A stretch of 64,000 bases of DNA from positions 2,304,001 through 2,368,000 of the forward strand of contig OZ242374.1 of NCBI GenBank assembly GCA_965209055.1, read 5' to 3'. A program made the translations under genes and the position numbers. Shown piece after piece: positions 29,478 to 38,462 of the stretch. The DNA comes from Acidobacteriota bacterium (GTDB taxonomy: Bacteria > Acidobacteriota > UBA6911 > RPQK01 > JAJDTT01). Numbering within the stretch: position 1 is the first letter of the stretch; the number at the start of each line of letters is the position of its first letter. Below the pieces are notes generated by a model, which did no database searches, had not been told where the DNA came from, and saw nothing but the letters and a program-made list of their open reading frames with translations.

Positions 29478-30172
29478 TGGACGGGTCTCTGGTGATCTTC
29501 TCCCGGTTTCCCCGATTGGGCCGGGTGAAGACCAGACTGGAGCCGGCGCTGGGTAAGCGGGGTTGCCTGGAACTTCACCGGGCGCTGCTTCTGGACACCG
29601 TGGAACGAACGCGATTCCTGAGCCGGCGCCACTACCTGTATCTGAGCGGCTCCACCGCCCGGGAACGGTCCCGGTTCGCCGCAGCGTGGCGCCTGCCCGC
29701 GGATCTGATCATCCGCCGACAGACGGGAGCCGACCTGGGAGAGAGATTGTGTAAGGCCTGCCGGCAGATCGCCGCGGAATCGAAGGAAAAGCCGGTGGTC
29801 TTTCTGGGGGCCGACTCCCCTACGGTGCCGCGGAAGTACATTCGCCGAGCCCTGGATCGACTTGCGAGGCGGCCCGTCGTCGTGGGACCGGCCGAGGACG
29901 GGGGGTACTATCTCATCGGTCTTTCCCGCCCCAGGCCGGAACTCTTCTCGAATCTGGATTGGGGGACCGGCAAGGTCCTGGAGCAGACACTTCAGAGGTT
30001 GCGGCCGGATCAGTATACGTTGCTGCCCTGCTGGTTCGACGTGGACGACGGCGGCGACCTGGCCCGGCTCCACAGGGAGGTCGAGGCGGCGGAGCCGGAC
30101 GTCTTCCGGCACACGCGCCGTTGCCTGCGGGCGCTGGTCCACGACCCGGTTTCCCAATCGGTTTTCCGGTGA
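29477..30172 (+). CDS. DUF2064/TIGR04282-family glycosyltransferase
   Basis: GRVKTRL, Q.GADLGER, LGADSP, VVGPAEDGGYYLIG, WGT..V, DVDD..DL; ATG overlaps the HNH stop. Confidence 0.88.
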   Translation: MDGSLVIFSRFPRLGRVKTRLEPALGKRGCLELHRALLLDTVERTRFLSRRHYLYLSGSTARERSRFAAAWRLPADLIIRRQTGADLGERLCKACRQIAAESKEKPVVFLGADSPTVPRKYIRRALDRLARRPVVVGPAEDGGYYLIGLSRPRPELFSNLDWGTGKVLEQTLQRLRPDQYTLLPCWFDVDDGGDLARLHREVEAAEPDVFRHTRRCLRALVHDPVSQSVFR

Positions 30173-30303
30173 TCCTTTTAAGGGAGATTCGCGTCTCAAG
30201 AAAGGTGCGCTCGATCTGGCTCGGTTGACCGGAAGCGGCCACCTTGACTAACATTGCATCAGGTGTGCGCCCGGAAAAAGCGTGAAGGGGTGTTGAGGCG
30301 GCG

Positions 30304-31143
30304 GTGAAGGATTTCCTGGAACGGCTGTTGGGTTTGAAGGTCCCCGAGGCCCAATTGGAGGGACCGCGAGACCCCTATAACATCTACGAATGGGATCTCG
30401 ACGACCGGAGGCCGTTGGTGGTCGCCGCCATACTGGCGATCCTCTTTCACGCCGTTCTCCTTTTGATGATCTTCCCCTCGTTCGGCAAGACGGTCCTGGT
30501 CCCGACCCAGCAGGTGCTGGTGCTCAAGAATCTGGCGAAACCCGCGGCCCTCGCCGGGGGCGGCGACCTGCCCAAGGCGACACCGCCCAAGCCCGAGCCG
30601 GTGAAACCGAAGCCCAAGCCGATTCTGGTTCCCATTCCCGATCCGACTCCCAGAGAACCCGAACCCATCCGCAAGGAGGAACTGGAAAACGTCCCCCAGG
30701 TCATCAAGCAGATCGTAGCGGAATTGAACCTGGACGACATTGAGGCTCCGCCAGGGCGTCCCGGCCGGGGAGGGCAGGGTGAGAGCCAGGGCGAGGGCAC
30801 GGGAACCGGCCCCCTTGCCGGTTCGGGACCCGCGGCTGGAGACGGTAGCGGCATCTATCGATACGGGAGCGGAGTCACCAACCCGGTTCCCATCGTTCAA
30901 ACGACTCCCAGCTACACCGACGCCGCCATCAAAGCCAAGGTTCAGGGTGTGGTCTGGCTTCAGGCCATCATCCGGAAGGATGGCAACGTCGACAGCTTCA
31001 AGGTCATTCGAGGATTGGGCCACGGTTTGGAGGAACAGGCCATCCAGGAGATCGCCACCAACTGGCGTTTTCGGCCCGGAATGCTCAACGGGAGCCCGGT
31101 CGACGTCCTGGCCACCATCGAAGTCCAGTTCAACCTGAGGTAG
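30304..31143 (+). CDS. tonB: TonB energy transducer
   Basis: TM helix with His (ILFHAVLL), Pro/Lys-rich linker, PSYT..A..A.VQGVV.L...I..DG.V, WRFRPG..NG.PV. Confidence 0.88.
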   Translation: MKDFLERLLGLKVPEAQLEGPRDPYNIYEWDLDDRRPLVVAAILAILFHAVLLLMIFPSFGKTVLVPTQQVLVLKNLAKPAALAGGGDLPKATPPKPEPVKPKPKPILVPIPDPTPREPEPIRKEELENVPQVIKQIVAELNLDDIEAPPGRPGRGGQGESQGEGTGTGPLAGSGPAAGDGSGIYRYGSGVTNPVPIVQTTPSYTDAAIKAKVQGVVWLQAIIRKDGNVDSFKVIRGLGHGLEEQAIQEIATNWRFRPGMLNGSPVDVLATIEVQFNLR

Positions 31144-31233
31144 ACGACGGCTCCGGCGTCGAACCTTTCGAGAATGAGGGCAACGACAAGGGTTGCCCCG
31201 ACACCATCGCATCCCGCTATAATTCCGGCTCTT

Positions 31234-34005
31234 GTGGCTGAAGTACTCGACCTGAAAGGAACCATCAACCTTCCCAGGACCCGTTTCCGGATGAAGGCGA
31301 ATCTGCCCGTTCTGGAGCCGCGGATTCTCAAGTCGTGGGAAGAGTCGGGGATCTACGCGAGAATCCGCTCGGCGCGAAAAGGAAAGCCTCTCTTCATCCT
31401 TCACGACGGCCCTCCCTACGCCAATGGGCATCTCCACGTGGGACACGCCCTGAACAAGATCCTCAAGGACTTCATTGTCCGTTCCAAGACCATGGAGGGT
31501 TACGATTGCCCCTACGTGCCGGGGTGGGACTGCCACGGGCTGCCCATCGAGATTCAGGTCATGAACCGAAAGCGGGCCGACCTGGAACCGCTGGAGGTGC
31601 GCCGGCGATGCCGGCGGCACGCCGACAAGTTCGTGCGCATCCAGGGGAATGAGTTTCGCCGCCTGGGGGTCACGGGGGACTGGACCGCGCCCTATCTGAC
31701 CATGAGCCATTCCTATGAAGCCGAGACGGCCCGGCTGTTGGGTGATTTCGTCCGCCGGGGAAGCGTCTACAAGGGTCTCAAGCCGGTTCATTGGTGCATT
31801 CACTGCGAGACGGCATTGGCCGAAGCCGAAGTGGAGTATTCGGAACATGTCAGCCCATCGGTCTACGTCCGGTTTCCCGTGACGGGAGGACTCCATGGAC
31901 TGGACGCCGGAGCCCGCCCCGTCTCGGTGCTGATCTGGACCACGACGCCCTGGACGCTGCCCGCCAACATGGGGCTCTGCTTTCATCCCGACTTCGAATA
32001 CGCGTTGGTGGAGGCCCGGGACGAGGTCTTCATCCTGGCTGCCGATCTGGTCCCCCGCGTTTCCAAGGAGTGCGATCTGGGCGACTACCGGATTCTGGGA
32101 CGCCTGCGGGGCGCTGCCCTCGGCGGTCTCGAGTGCCGGCACCCATGGCTACCGCGCCGGTCCGCGGTCGTATTCGGGACTCACGTCACGCTGGACCAGG
32201 GCACCGGCGTGGTCCATACGGCACCCGGACACGGAGAAGAGGACTACCGCCTGGGGGTCGACAACGGTCTCGAAGTGTATTGTCCGGTGGACGATTCGGG
32301 CCGGTTCCTGCCGGAGGTGGATCACTTCGGTGGCATGCCCGTGTTCGAGGCCAACCCTTCCATCAACGCCCTTATGGCCCGGGAAGGCCATCTGGTCCGG
32401 GAAGAGCCGTTCCGGCACAGCTATCCTCATTGCTGGCGCTGTCACAACCCGGTCATTTTTCGCGCCACGGCGCAGTGGTTCATCAGCATGGACCGGGAAG
32501 ACCTTCGCGGCCGGGCCCTGCGCGAGATCGCCAGGGTGAAGTGGCTTCCGTCCTGGGGCCGGGAGCGGATCCACAACATGATCGCCACCCGGCCGGACTG
32601 GTGTATCAGCCGGCAGAGAACCTGGGGTGTTCCGATCATCGCCTTCTACTGCAGGGCCTGCGCCAAGATCCTTTTGGAGAGCGGCATCATCGAGCATGTA
32701 TCGCGCATCTTCGAGCGGGAGGGAGCCGACGCCTGGTACCGGAGGCCCGCGTCGGAGCTTCTCCCGAAGAACACCCGTTGCGCCTGTGGAAGCGAAGAAT
32801 TCGAGAAAGAAAAAGACATATTGGATGTCTGGTTCGACTCGGGGGTCAGCCATCACGTGCTGCGGGAAACGCCGGGACTCGATTGGCCCGCGGATCTCTA
32901 CCTGGAGGGTGGAGATCAGTTCCGGGGCTGGTTTCACAGTTCCTTGCTGGTCGGGGTCGGCGTCAGCGACGGAGCTCCCTACCGGTCGGTTCTGTGCCAT
33001 GGATGGACGCTGGATGCCGAGGGGAAAGCCATGTCCAAGTCCCGGGGCAACGTCATTTCTCCGCAGGACATCACCAAGCGGGACGGCGCCGAGATCTTGC
33101 GCCTCTGGGTTGCGTCCATCGACTACACCGAAGACGTCCGTCTGGGGGAAGAGATTCTTTCCCGACTCCGGGACGCCTACCGCAAGCTGCGAAATACGAG
33201 CCGCTTCCTCTTGGGCAACCTTCACGACTTCTCTCCGGAAATGGCAGTGCCGGACGAGGAACTGCTGGAGTTGGATCGTTGGGCTCTGGCCCATACCGCC
33301 GCCACGGCACGGCGGGTGGAGGAGGCCTACCGGAATTTCGAGTTTCACACCGTCTATCACTCCCTGTACCACTTCTGTGTGGTGGGGCTTTCCAGCTTTT
33401 ATCTCGACGTGCTGAAGGATCGCCTCTACGTCTCGGCGGCCGATTCCACGGAACGAAGGTCGGCCCAGACGGCCCTGTTCCGGATCGCGGACGCATTGGT
33501 CCGGCTGCTGGCTCCGATCCTGCCCTTTACCACCACCCAGATCTGGGAAGAGCTCCACGGCCGGAATCCTCCCGCCGAGTCGGTCCACATGGCCGAGTTC
33601 TCCCGGGAGCTGGACCGTCATGAGGACCCCGAGCTCCTGGAGCGGTGGGAGCCGCTCCTGCGGATCCGCCACCAGGTCAGCAAGTCACTGGAGGAATGCC
33701 GCCAGCAGAAGCTCATCGGGAATTCCTTGGAGGCGTCGGTCAGGATCGAGGCCGGCGCGGAGACTTGCCGGTACCTCAGCCGGTATGCGGACGATCTGGC
33801 CACCGTCTTCATCGTCTCCGAGGTCGAGATCGGACTGAGGGAGGACTTGGCGGGGGATGAGACGCGGATCGAGGTGACCCGAACCCAGGCGGAGAAATGC
33901 GCGCGGTGCTGGAACCATCGGCGCTCGGTGGGGACCGATGCCGATCTGCCGCACGTCTGCTCCCGTTGCCGCACGGTGCTGGAACGGATCGGCGCCCTCG
34001 ATTGA
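31234..34005 (+). CDS. ileS: Isoleucine--tRNA ligase
   Basis: DGPPYANG.LHVGH, GWDCHGLPIE, WTTTPWT, AMSKS, C-terminal CARCW..CSRC; GTG start 31234. Confidence 0.97.
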   Translation: MAEVLDLKGTINLPRTRFRMKANLPVLEPRILKSWEESGIYARIRSARKGKPLFILHDGPPYANGHLHVGHALNKILKDFIVRSKTMEGYDCPYVPGWDCHGLPIEIQVMNRKRADLEPLEVRRRCRRHADKFVRIQGNEFRRLGVTGDWTAPYLTMSHSYEAETARLLGDFVRRGSVYKGLKPVHWCIHCETALAEAEVEYSEHVSPSVYVRFPVTGGLHGLDAGARPVSVLIWTTTPWTLPANMGLCFHPDFEYALVEARDEVFILAADLVPRVSKECDLGDYRILGRLRGAALGGLECRHPWLPRRSAVVFGTHVTLDQGTGVVHTAPGHGEEDYRLGVDNGLEVYCPVDDSGRFLPEVDHFGGMPVFEANPSINALMAREGHLVREEPFRHSYPHCWRCHNPVIFRATAQWFISMDREDLRGRALREIARVKWLPSWGRERIHNMIATRPDWCISRQRTWGVPIIAFYCRACAKILLESGIIEHVSRIFEREGADAWYRRPASELLPKNTRCACGSEEFEKEKDILDVWFDSGVSHHVLRETPGLDWPADLYLEGGDQFRGWFHSSLLVGVGVSDGAPYRSVLCHGWTLDAEGKAMSKSRGNVISPQDITKRDGAEILRLWVASIDYTEDVRLGEEILSRLRDAYRKLRNTSRFLLGNLHDFSPEMAVPDEELLELDRWALAHTAATARRVEEAYRNFEFHTVYHSLYHFCVVGLSSFYLDVLKDRLYVSAADSTERRSAQTALFRIADALVRLLAPILPFTTTQIWEELHGRNPPAESVHMAEFSRELDRHEDPELLERWEPLLRIRHQVSKSLEECRQQKLIGNSLEASVRIEAGAETCRYLSRYADDLATVFIVSEVEIGLREDLAGDETRIEVTRTQAEKCARCWNHRRSVGTDADLPHVCSRCRTVLERIGALD

Positions 34006-34063
34006 AGCCGGGAGCGATGGGAGAGGATATCCTTCGGAGGCCTTTGGCGCGGTGGAGAAGACG

Positions 34064-35353
34064 ATGAAACTCGTGGCGCTGGGAGTGGCGGCGACGGTGC
34101 TGGCGCTGGATCTCCTCACCAAGTGGTGGGTCAAGAGCACGCCTTGGCTGCACTACCACAAGGTGGTCGATGGATTCTTCGCCATCCACTTCGTCCGCAA
34201 TGAGGGCATTGCCTTCGGCCTGTTCCATTCCAATCCGTCGGCGTGGAAACCGGTGATCCTTTCCGTCCTGGCCGTCGCGGCGGCGGTCATGGTGTTGTAT
34301 TACATCTGGACCAGCCCTCCCGAGGAAAGAGGCGTCCAACTGCTCATGGGGCTCCTGTTGGGAGGGATCCTGGGGAATTTCTGCGACCGGCTGTGGCGTG
34401 GGTATGTCGTCGATTTTCTGGATTTTCATTGGCAGGACCGTTTCGCCTGGCCGACCTTCAATCTGGCCGATGCCGCAATCACCTGCGGAGTCGCGGTGAT
34501 TCTCTACCAGGGCTTTTTCGGAGCGGGCAGCGGAGACCGGGCATCGAGCCGGCCCAGCCGGAAAAACTCCGGCTCTTTGGGCGCGTTTCTCCTGGCGGGA
34601 CTGCTCTCGGCGCCCCTGTTGGGAGAATCGGCCTCTCCCGGCGCGCTGGAAATCGTGGACCGGGTCCAGGCCCGGTACGATCGGGTCGAAAGCTTCTCCG
34701 CCGATTTTCGGCAGGTCTTCCAATCGCAGGGGGTCTTTTTCGAAAGCGACTGGGGCGAGGGGGTCCTGCTGATGAAGCGCCCTGGAAAAATGTACTGGGA
34801 GTACCGGCGCCCCACCAGGAAGCTGTTCGTGGCCGACGGCAAGCAGACCTTCTTCTACGTCCCCGGCGAGAACCAGGTGACGATCGCCGACCTGGACCCG
34901 GAGACTGCGGATACGCCGCTGCTTTTCCTGCTGGGACCCAAACGGATCCGGGACGATTTCATGGTGGAGTTCGAAACCGGGGAAGGACCGTTGGACGAAT
35001 CCAACCTGCTCCTGCGGTTGACGCCCGTTCAGGCCCGGCCTGAATTCAGCTATCTGCTCTTGGAGCTGTCCTCCCGGACCTGGCTCATCCAGAGATTGTC
35101 CGTAATCGAGCCCATCGGTAATCGCAACGACTACATCTTCAGCCGTTTCCGGGAGAACGTCACGATTCGGGACAAACAGTTCCGCCTGGAGTTGCCGGAT
35201 GGAGTGGAGATCATCCGAATCGGATCCGGCGCCGGCCGGAGGCCGGACGGGGAGCCCGGCCGGTTTCTTCATCGCAGCGGGATCGAGACCGCGCTGGAGT
35301 TCACAGTCCGTGACGACTTTTGCCGCGGTCGGTTAAGGAGAGTGCCCAGTTGA
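34064..35353 (+). CDS. lspA: Fusion of lipoprotein signal peptidase II (LspA) and outer-membrane lipoprotein carrier LolA
   Basis: LspA: DLLTK, NEGIAFG, GNFCDR...VVDF, WPTFNLAD. Then a hydrophobic linker and LolA: FSADFRQ, KRPGKMYWEY, LFVADGK..FYVP..NQV, TPLLFLLG. No stop between them. Confidence 0.88.
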   Translation: MKLVALGVAATVLALDLLTKWWVKSTPWLHYHKVVDGFFAIHFVRNEGIAFGLFHSNPSAWKPVILSVLAVAAAVMVLYYIWTSPPEERGVQLLMGLLLGGILGNFCDRLWRGYVVDFLDFHWQDRFAWPTFNLADAAITCGVAVILYQGFFGAGSGDRASSRPSRKNSGSLGAFLLAGLLSAPLLGESASPGALEIVDRVQARYDRVESFSADFRQVFQSQGVFFESDWGEGVLLMKRPGKMYWEYRRPTRKLFVADGKQTFFYVPGENQVTIADLDPETADTPLLFLLGPKRIRDDFMVEFETGEGPLDESNLLLRLTPVQARPEFSYLLLELSSRTWLIQRLSVIEPIGNRNDYIFSRFRENVTIRDKQFRLELPDGVEIIRIGSGAGRRPDGEPGRFLHRSGIETALEFTVRDDFCRGRLRRVPS

Positions 35354-36354
35354 GCGAAATTCGGGCGAACATAACGGCCGTGGGGATGTACGTTCCGGAG
35401 AAGCGCGTCACCAACCACGACTTGAGCCGGGTACTGGAAACTTCCGACAAGTGGATTCGAGAGCGAACCGGGATCTCGGAGCGCCGAATCGTCGGCAAGG
35501 ACGAGGCGAACAGCGATCTCTCGGTTCGAGCCATCCGAGACGCTCTGGATGGCACGCCACATCGTCCTGAAGACATCGATCTCATCATCGTCACCACCGT
35601 CACGCCGGACATGATGTTTCCTTCGACCGCTTGCCGGATCCAGGAGAAGATCGGGGCCACCAACGCGTGGGGGTTCGATCTTTCCGGGGCCTGCTCCGGA
35701 TTCCTTTTCGGCCTCTCGACGGCTGCGCAGTTCATTCGGACGGGGACCCACAAGAAGGTCCTTGTGGTGGGAACCGATGTGATGAGCTCCATCATCGACT
35801 TCGAGGACCGGGCCACCTGCGTGCTCTTCGGAGACGGCGCCGGGGCGGTCCTCCTTGAGCCCACCGAAGAGGAGGATGTCGGCATCCTGGACGCGACCCT
35901 GGGATGCGACGGGTCAGGAGGCAAGTTCCTGTACATGCCGGCCGGAGGGAGCCAACGCCCGGCAAGCCATGAAACCGTGGACAAGCGGATGCACTATGTC
36001 CATCAGGACGGGAGGAACGTCTTCAAGTTCGCGGTTCGGGTCATGTGCGACACTTCCGTCGGATTGCTCCGGCGAAACGGCATTCCCACCGATCAGCTTT
36101 CCCTGTTCGTCCCCCATCAGGCCAACATGCGAATCATCAAGTCGTCCATGTCGCGCCTGAAACTGGGCGAGGAACAGGTTGCCGTCAACATCGACCGCTA
36201 CGCCAACACGACGGCGGCGACCATCCCCACCTGTCTGGCGGAAGCTCACCGGCAGGGACGACTGAAGAAACGGGACAAAGTCCTCATGGTCTCCTTCGGA
36301 GCGGGATTCACCTGGGGAGGCATTCTGCTCGGCTGGGGAATGGATCCGCCGTAA
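35350..36354 (+). CDS. fabH: 3-oxoacyl-ACP synthase III
   Basis: ACSGF, LFGDGAGA, VPHQAN, YANT..ATIP, FGAGFTWG; SD AAGGAG before TTG 35350. Confidence 0.95.
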   Translation: MSEIRANITAVGMYVPEKRVTNHDLSRVLETSDKWIRERTGISERRIVGKDEANSDLSVRAIRDALDGTPHRPEDIDLIIVTTVTPDMMFPSTACRIQEKIGATNAWGFDLSGACSGFLFGLSTAAQFIRTGTHKKVLVVGTDVMSSIIDFEDRATCVLFGDGAGAVLLEPTEEEDVGILDATLGCDGSGGKFLYMPAGGSQRPASHETVDKRMHYVHQDGRNVFKFAVRVMCDTSVGLLRRNGIPTDQLSLFVPHQANMRIIKSSMSRLKLGEEQVAVNIDRYANTTAATIPTCLAEAHRQGRLKKRDKVLMVSFGAGFTWGGILLGWGMDPP

Positions 36355-36405
36355 CTCGGAATACTTGGCGGGAGTCTCGTCAAAGAGACACTCGGGCCGG
36401 CGGCG

Positions 36406-36930
36406 TCAGATGAAGAGTTCCTCTTCGGGCGACTTGGTTGTGGTCTTTTTCTCTCGCCGCCCCAACAGAAACGACAGTCCCGACTGGATCCCCTTGAAGA
36501 AGGAACCGATTTCCAGAATGGGTTTCAAGACGTCCTTCTGAATCACTTCGCTGGTCTGCTCGAACTTCTCGACCGTGTCGGTGACCAGTCCGTCCACTCT
36601 CTGGGCCTGTTCATGCCCCAGACGGATCACGTCCTTCACCAACACGTCCACCTCTTCGGTGGTTCTCCGGAAGGCGCCCATCACGAAGCGGACGTTGTCG
36701 TTGAACTCGTTGCCGAGTTGCCGCACCGGCTCCAGGCTCTCGGACACCTGGGTCAATTTGACGCTGACGGAATCGACGGCGGCTTGAAGGTTCCGGGTCT
36801 CCTTTTGCAGCTCCTCGGCCACCTTTCGAACCGTCTTGGCCGCCCGCCACACGGAGAGGGCCTGTAGGCTCATGGAGAGGGCGGTAATGCCGATGAACAG
36901 GATCAACAGGAGTTCAGCGCTCACGTGCAT
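36406..36930 (-). CDS. Membrane-anchored helical protein (DUF948/YtxG-like)
   Basis: N-terminal TM followed by amphipathic helices; adjacent to the YtxH-like gene. Confidence 0.6.
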   Translation of the reverse strand: MHVSAELLLILFIGITALSMSLQALSVWRAAKTVRKVAEELQKETRNLQAAVDSVSVKLTQVSESLEPVRQLGNEFNDNVRFVMGAFRRTTEEVDVLVKDVIRLGHEQAQRVDGLVTDTVEKFEQTSEVIQKDVLKPILEIGSFFKGIQSGLSFLLGRREKKTTTKSPEEELFI

Positions 36931-37008
36931 TCCCCGCGGTTGCGACTGGATTGCCGGAGGGCAGGCGCGCCCTCCCCGGAATCGGGAAGCTTGGCTTCTG
37001 TCCGGACC

Positions 37009-37344
37009 TTAGTCGGCGGACTCTTCCTGCGTCCGCGACTCGCCCCGATAGGTGCGTCGCGCGGCATCCAGGACGACTCCGAGTTGTTCCTTCTTCTTCC
37101 GGAGGCTCTCCCGTTCCCGGTTCAGGGTCTCACCGGCCCGGCCGGCAAGCTCTCGCCCCTTTTCCTCCAATGTGTCCCTGCCGTCCCGGAGCCTCCGGCC
37201 GACCCTGTCGGCACCCTCCCGGGCCTTGCCTTCCAACAGCTCCCGAGTCTGTTCACCCGATTGGGGAGCCAGCAGCAGCGCCGCACAGGCGCCCACAAAG
37301 CTGCCGATGAGAAAATAGACCAGCTTGTCTCCACTTGAGGCCAT
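37009..37344 (-). CDS. YtxH domain-containing protein
   Basis: FLIG..VGA.AALLLAPQSGEQTR; SD AAGGAG. Confidence 0.85.
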   Translation of the reverse strand: MASSGDKLVYFLIGSFVGACAALLLAPQSGEQTRELLEGKAREGADRVGRRLRDGRDTLEEKGRELAGRAGETLNRERESLRKKKEQLGVVLDAARRTYRGESRTQEESAD

Positions 37345-37493
37345 AGCTGTTACTCCTTCCCGTCCCGGCCAGGATTCATCCGTTCAAGGTTATCATAGCC
37401 ATGACGGGGCGTGACGAACTCGGGCCGCGGCCCGGTTTGTGGAAGCGGACGGGTGTCGGGTAGAATACCCGGCTGTCAGGGAAGGAAGCTGCG

Positions 37494-37736
37494 GTGATCA
37501 ACGATTTACTGCCGAGACAGGTCGTGTGCAACGAAAAAAACGCCAAGGGCAAGGCCTGCCACGGCAAGTTGAAGCGATATTATCCGTTTGCCGGATACTA
37601 CAACGAGCCGGATGAAACGCTCCGCCAGGAAATCGAGAGCGAGTTCGGAAAGAAAAAAACCTTGGTGCTGATCAAGTGCGAGGATTGCGCCGTCGTATTC
37701 CGGCTGCCGGTGGAATTGAAGGTCAAGTTCGGCTGA
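37494..37736 (+). CDS. Small hypothetical protein with four Cys (possible zinc ribbon)
   Basis: VCNEK.AKGK.CHG...KCEDC; GAAGGAAG upstream. Confidence 0.65.
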   Translation: MINDLLPRQVVCNEKNAKGKACHGKLKRYYPFAGYYNEPDETLRQEIESEFGKKKTLVLIKCEDCAVVFRLPVELKVKFG

Positions 37737-37845
37737 ACCGAGTCGGGACCCCGCACCCAAATACTGCGTAGTACCGTTTCTGCCTCTATCAACCGGGACT
37801 GCTGGCCGGGTCTGCCGGCGGCCCCTGGCTTCATTCGCGCTCCAG

Positions 37846-38460
37846 ATGAAGATCTACACCGATTTCGACGGAACCATTACCGATCGCGACTCCATCGTCC
37901 TGCTGGTTCAGGAGTTCGGCGGCGGCGACGGCTATCGGCGAGACCTGCTGTCCGAATTCGAGAATGGCACCCTGTCGGCGGCCGAGGTGATTGCCGAGGA
38001 GGTCGCCTCGGTCAACGCCTCCTGGGATGAGGTCGCCGCCTGCCTCAAGGAGACGGTCCGAGTCGACCCTACGTTTCCCGGATTCGTGAACTGGTGCCGC
38101 GAGTCTTCGATTCCCCTCTGCGTCGTCAGCTCGGGGCTGGAGCAGATCATCGCCTTCATGATCGGAGACCTGGGGGTTCCGGTCGTGGCGCATACGGCCC
38201 GGATTGAGGGCCAGAGTTGGCGCTACCATCGGCGGCCGGAGTGCGAGAAGGAGTTGGTGGTGCGGGCGGCCAGCGAGGCCGATGAGGTCGCCTTCATAGG
38301 CGACGGCATATCGGACATCTGTGTTCTTCCCTATGTGGATCGCGTCTTCGCAAAACGCTACCTGGCGAAGTATTGCCGGAAGCGGGGCATCGACTTTTTC
38401 CCCTACGATACCTTCCGGGAGGTCCGGAACCGGTTGCAGGACGAGTTGCAGGCGGACTGA
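37846..38460 (+). CDS. HAD-IB phosphatase (MtnX-like)
   Basis: DFDGTIT, VVSSG, K, FIGDGISD, VFAK. Confidence 0.85.
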   Translation: MKIYTDFDGTITDRDSIVLLVQEFGGGDGYRRDLLSEFENGTLSAAEVIAEEVASVNASWDEVAACLKETVRVDPTFPGFVNWCRESSIPLCVVSSGLEQIIAFMIGDLGVPVVAHTARIEGQSWRYHRRPECEKELVVRAASEADEVAFIGDGISDICVLPYVDRVFAKRYLAKYCRKRGIDFFPYDTFREVRNRLQDELQAD

Positions 38461-38462
38461 TT

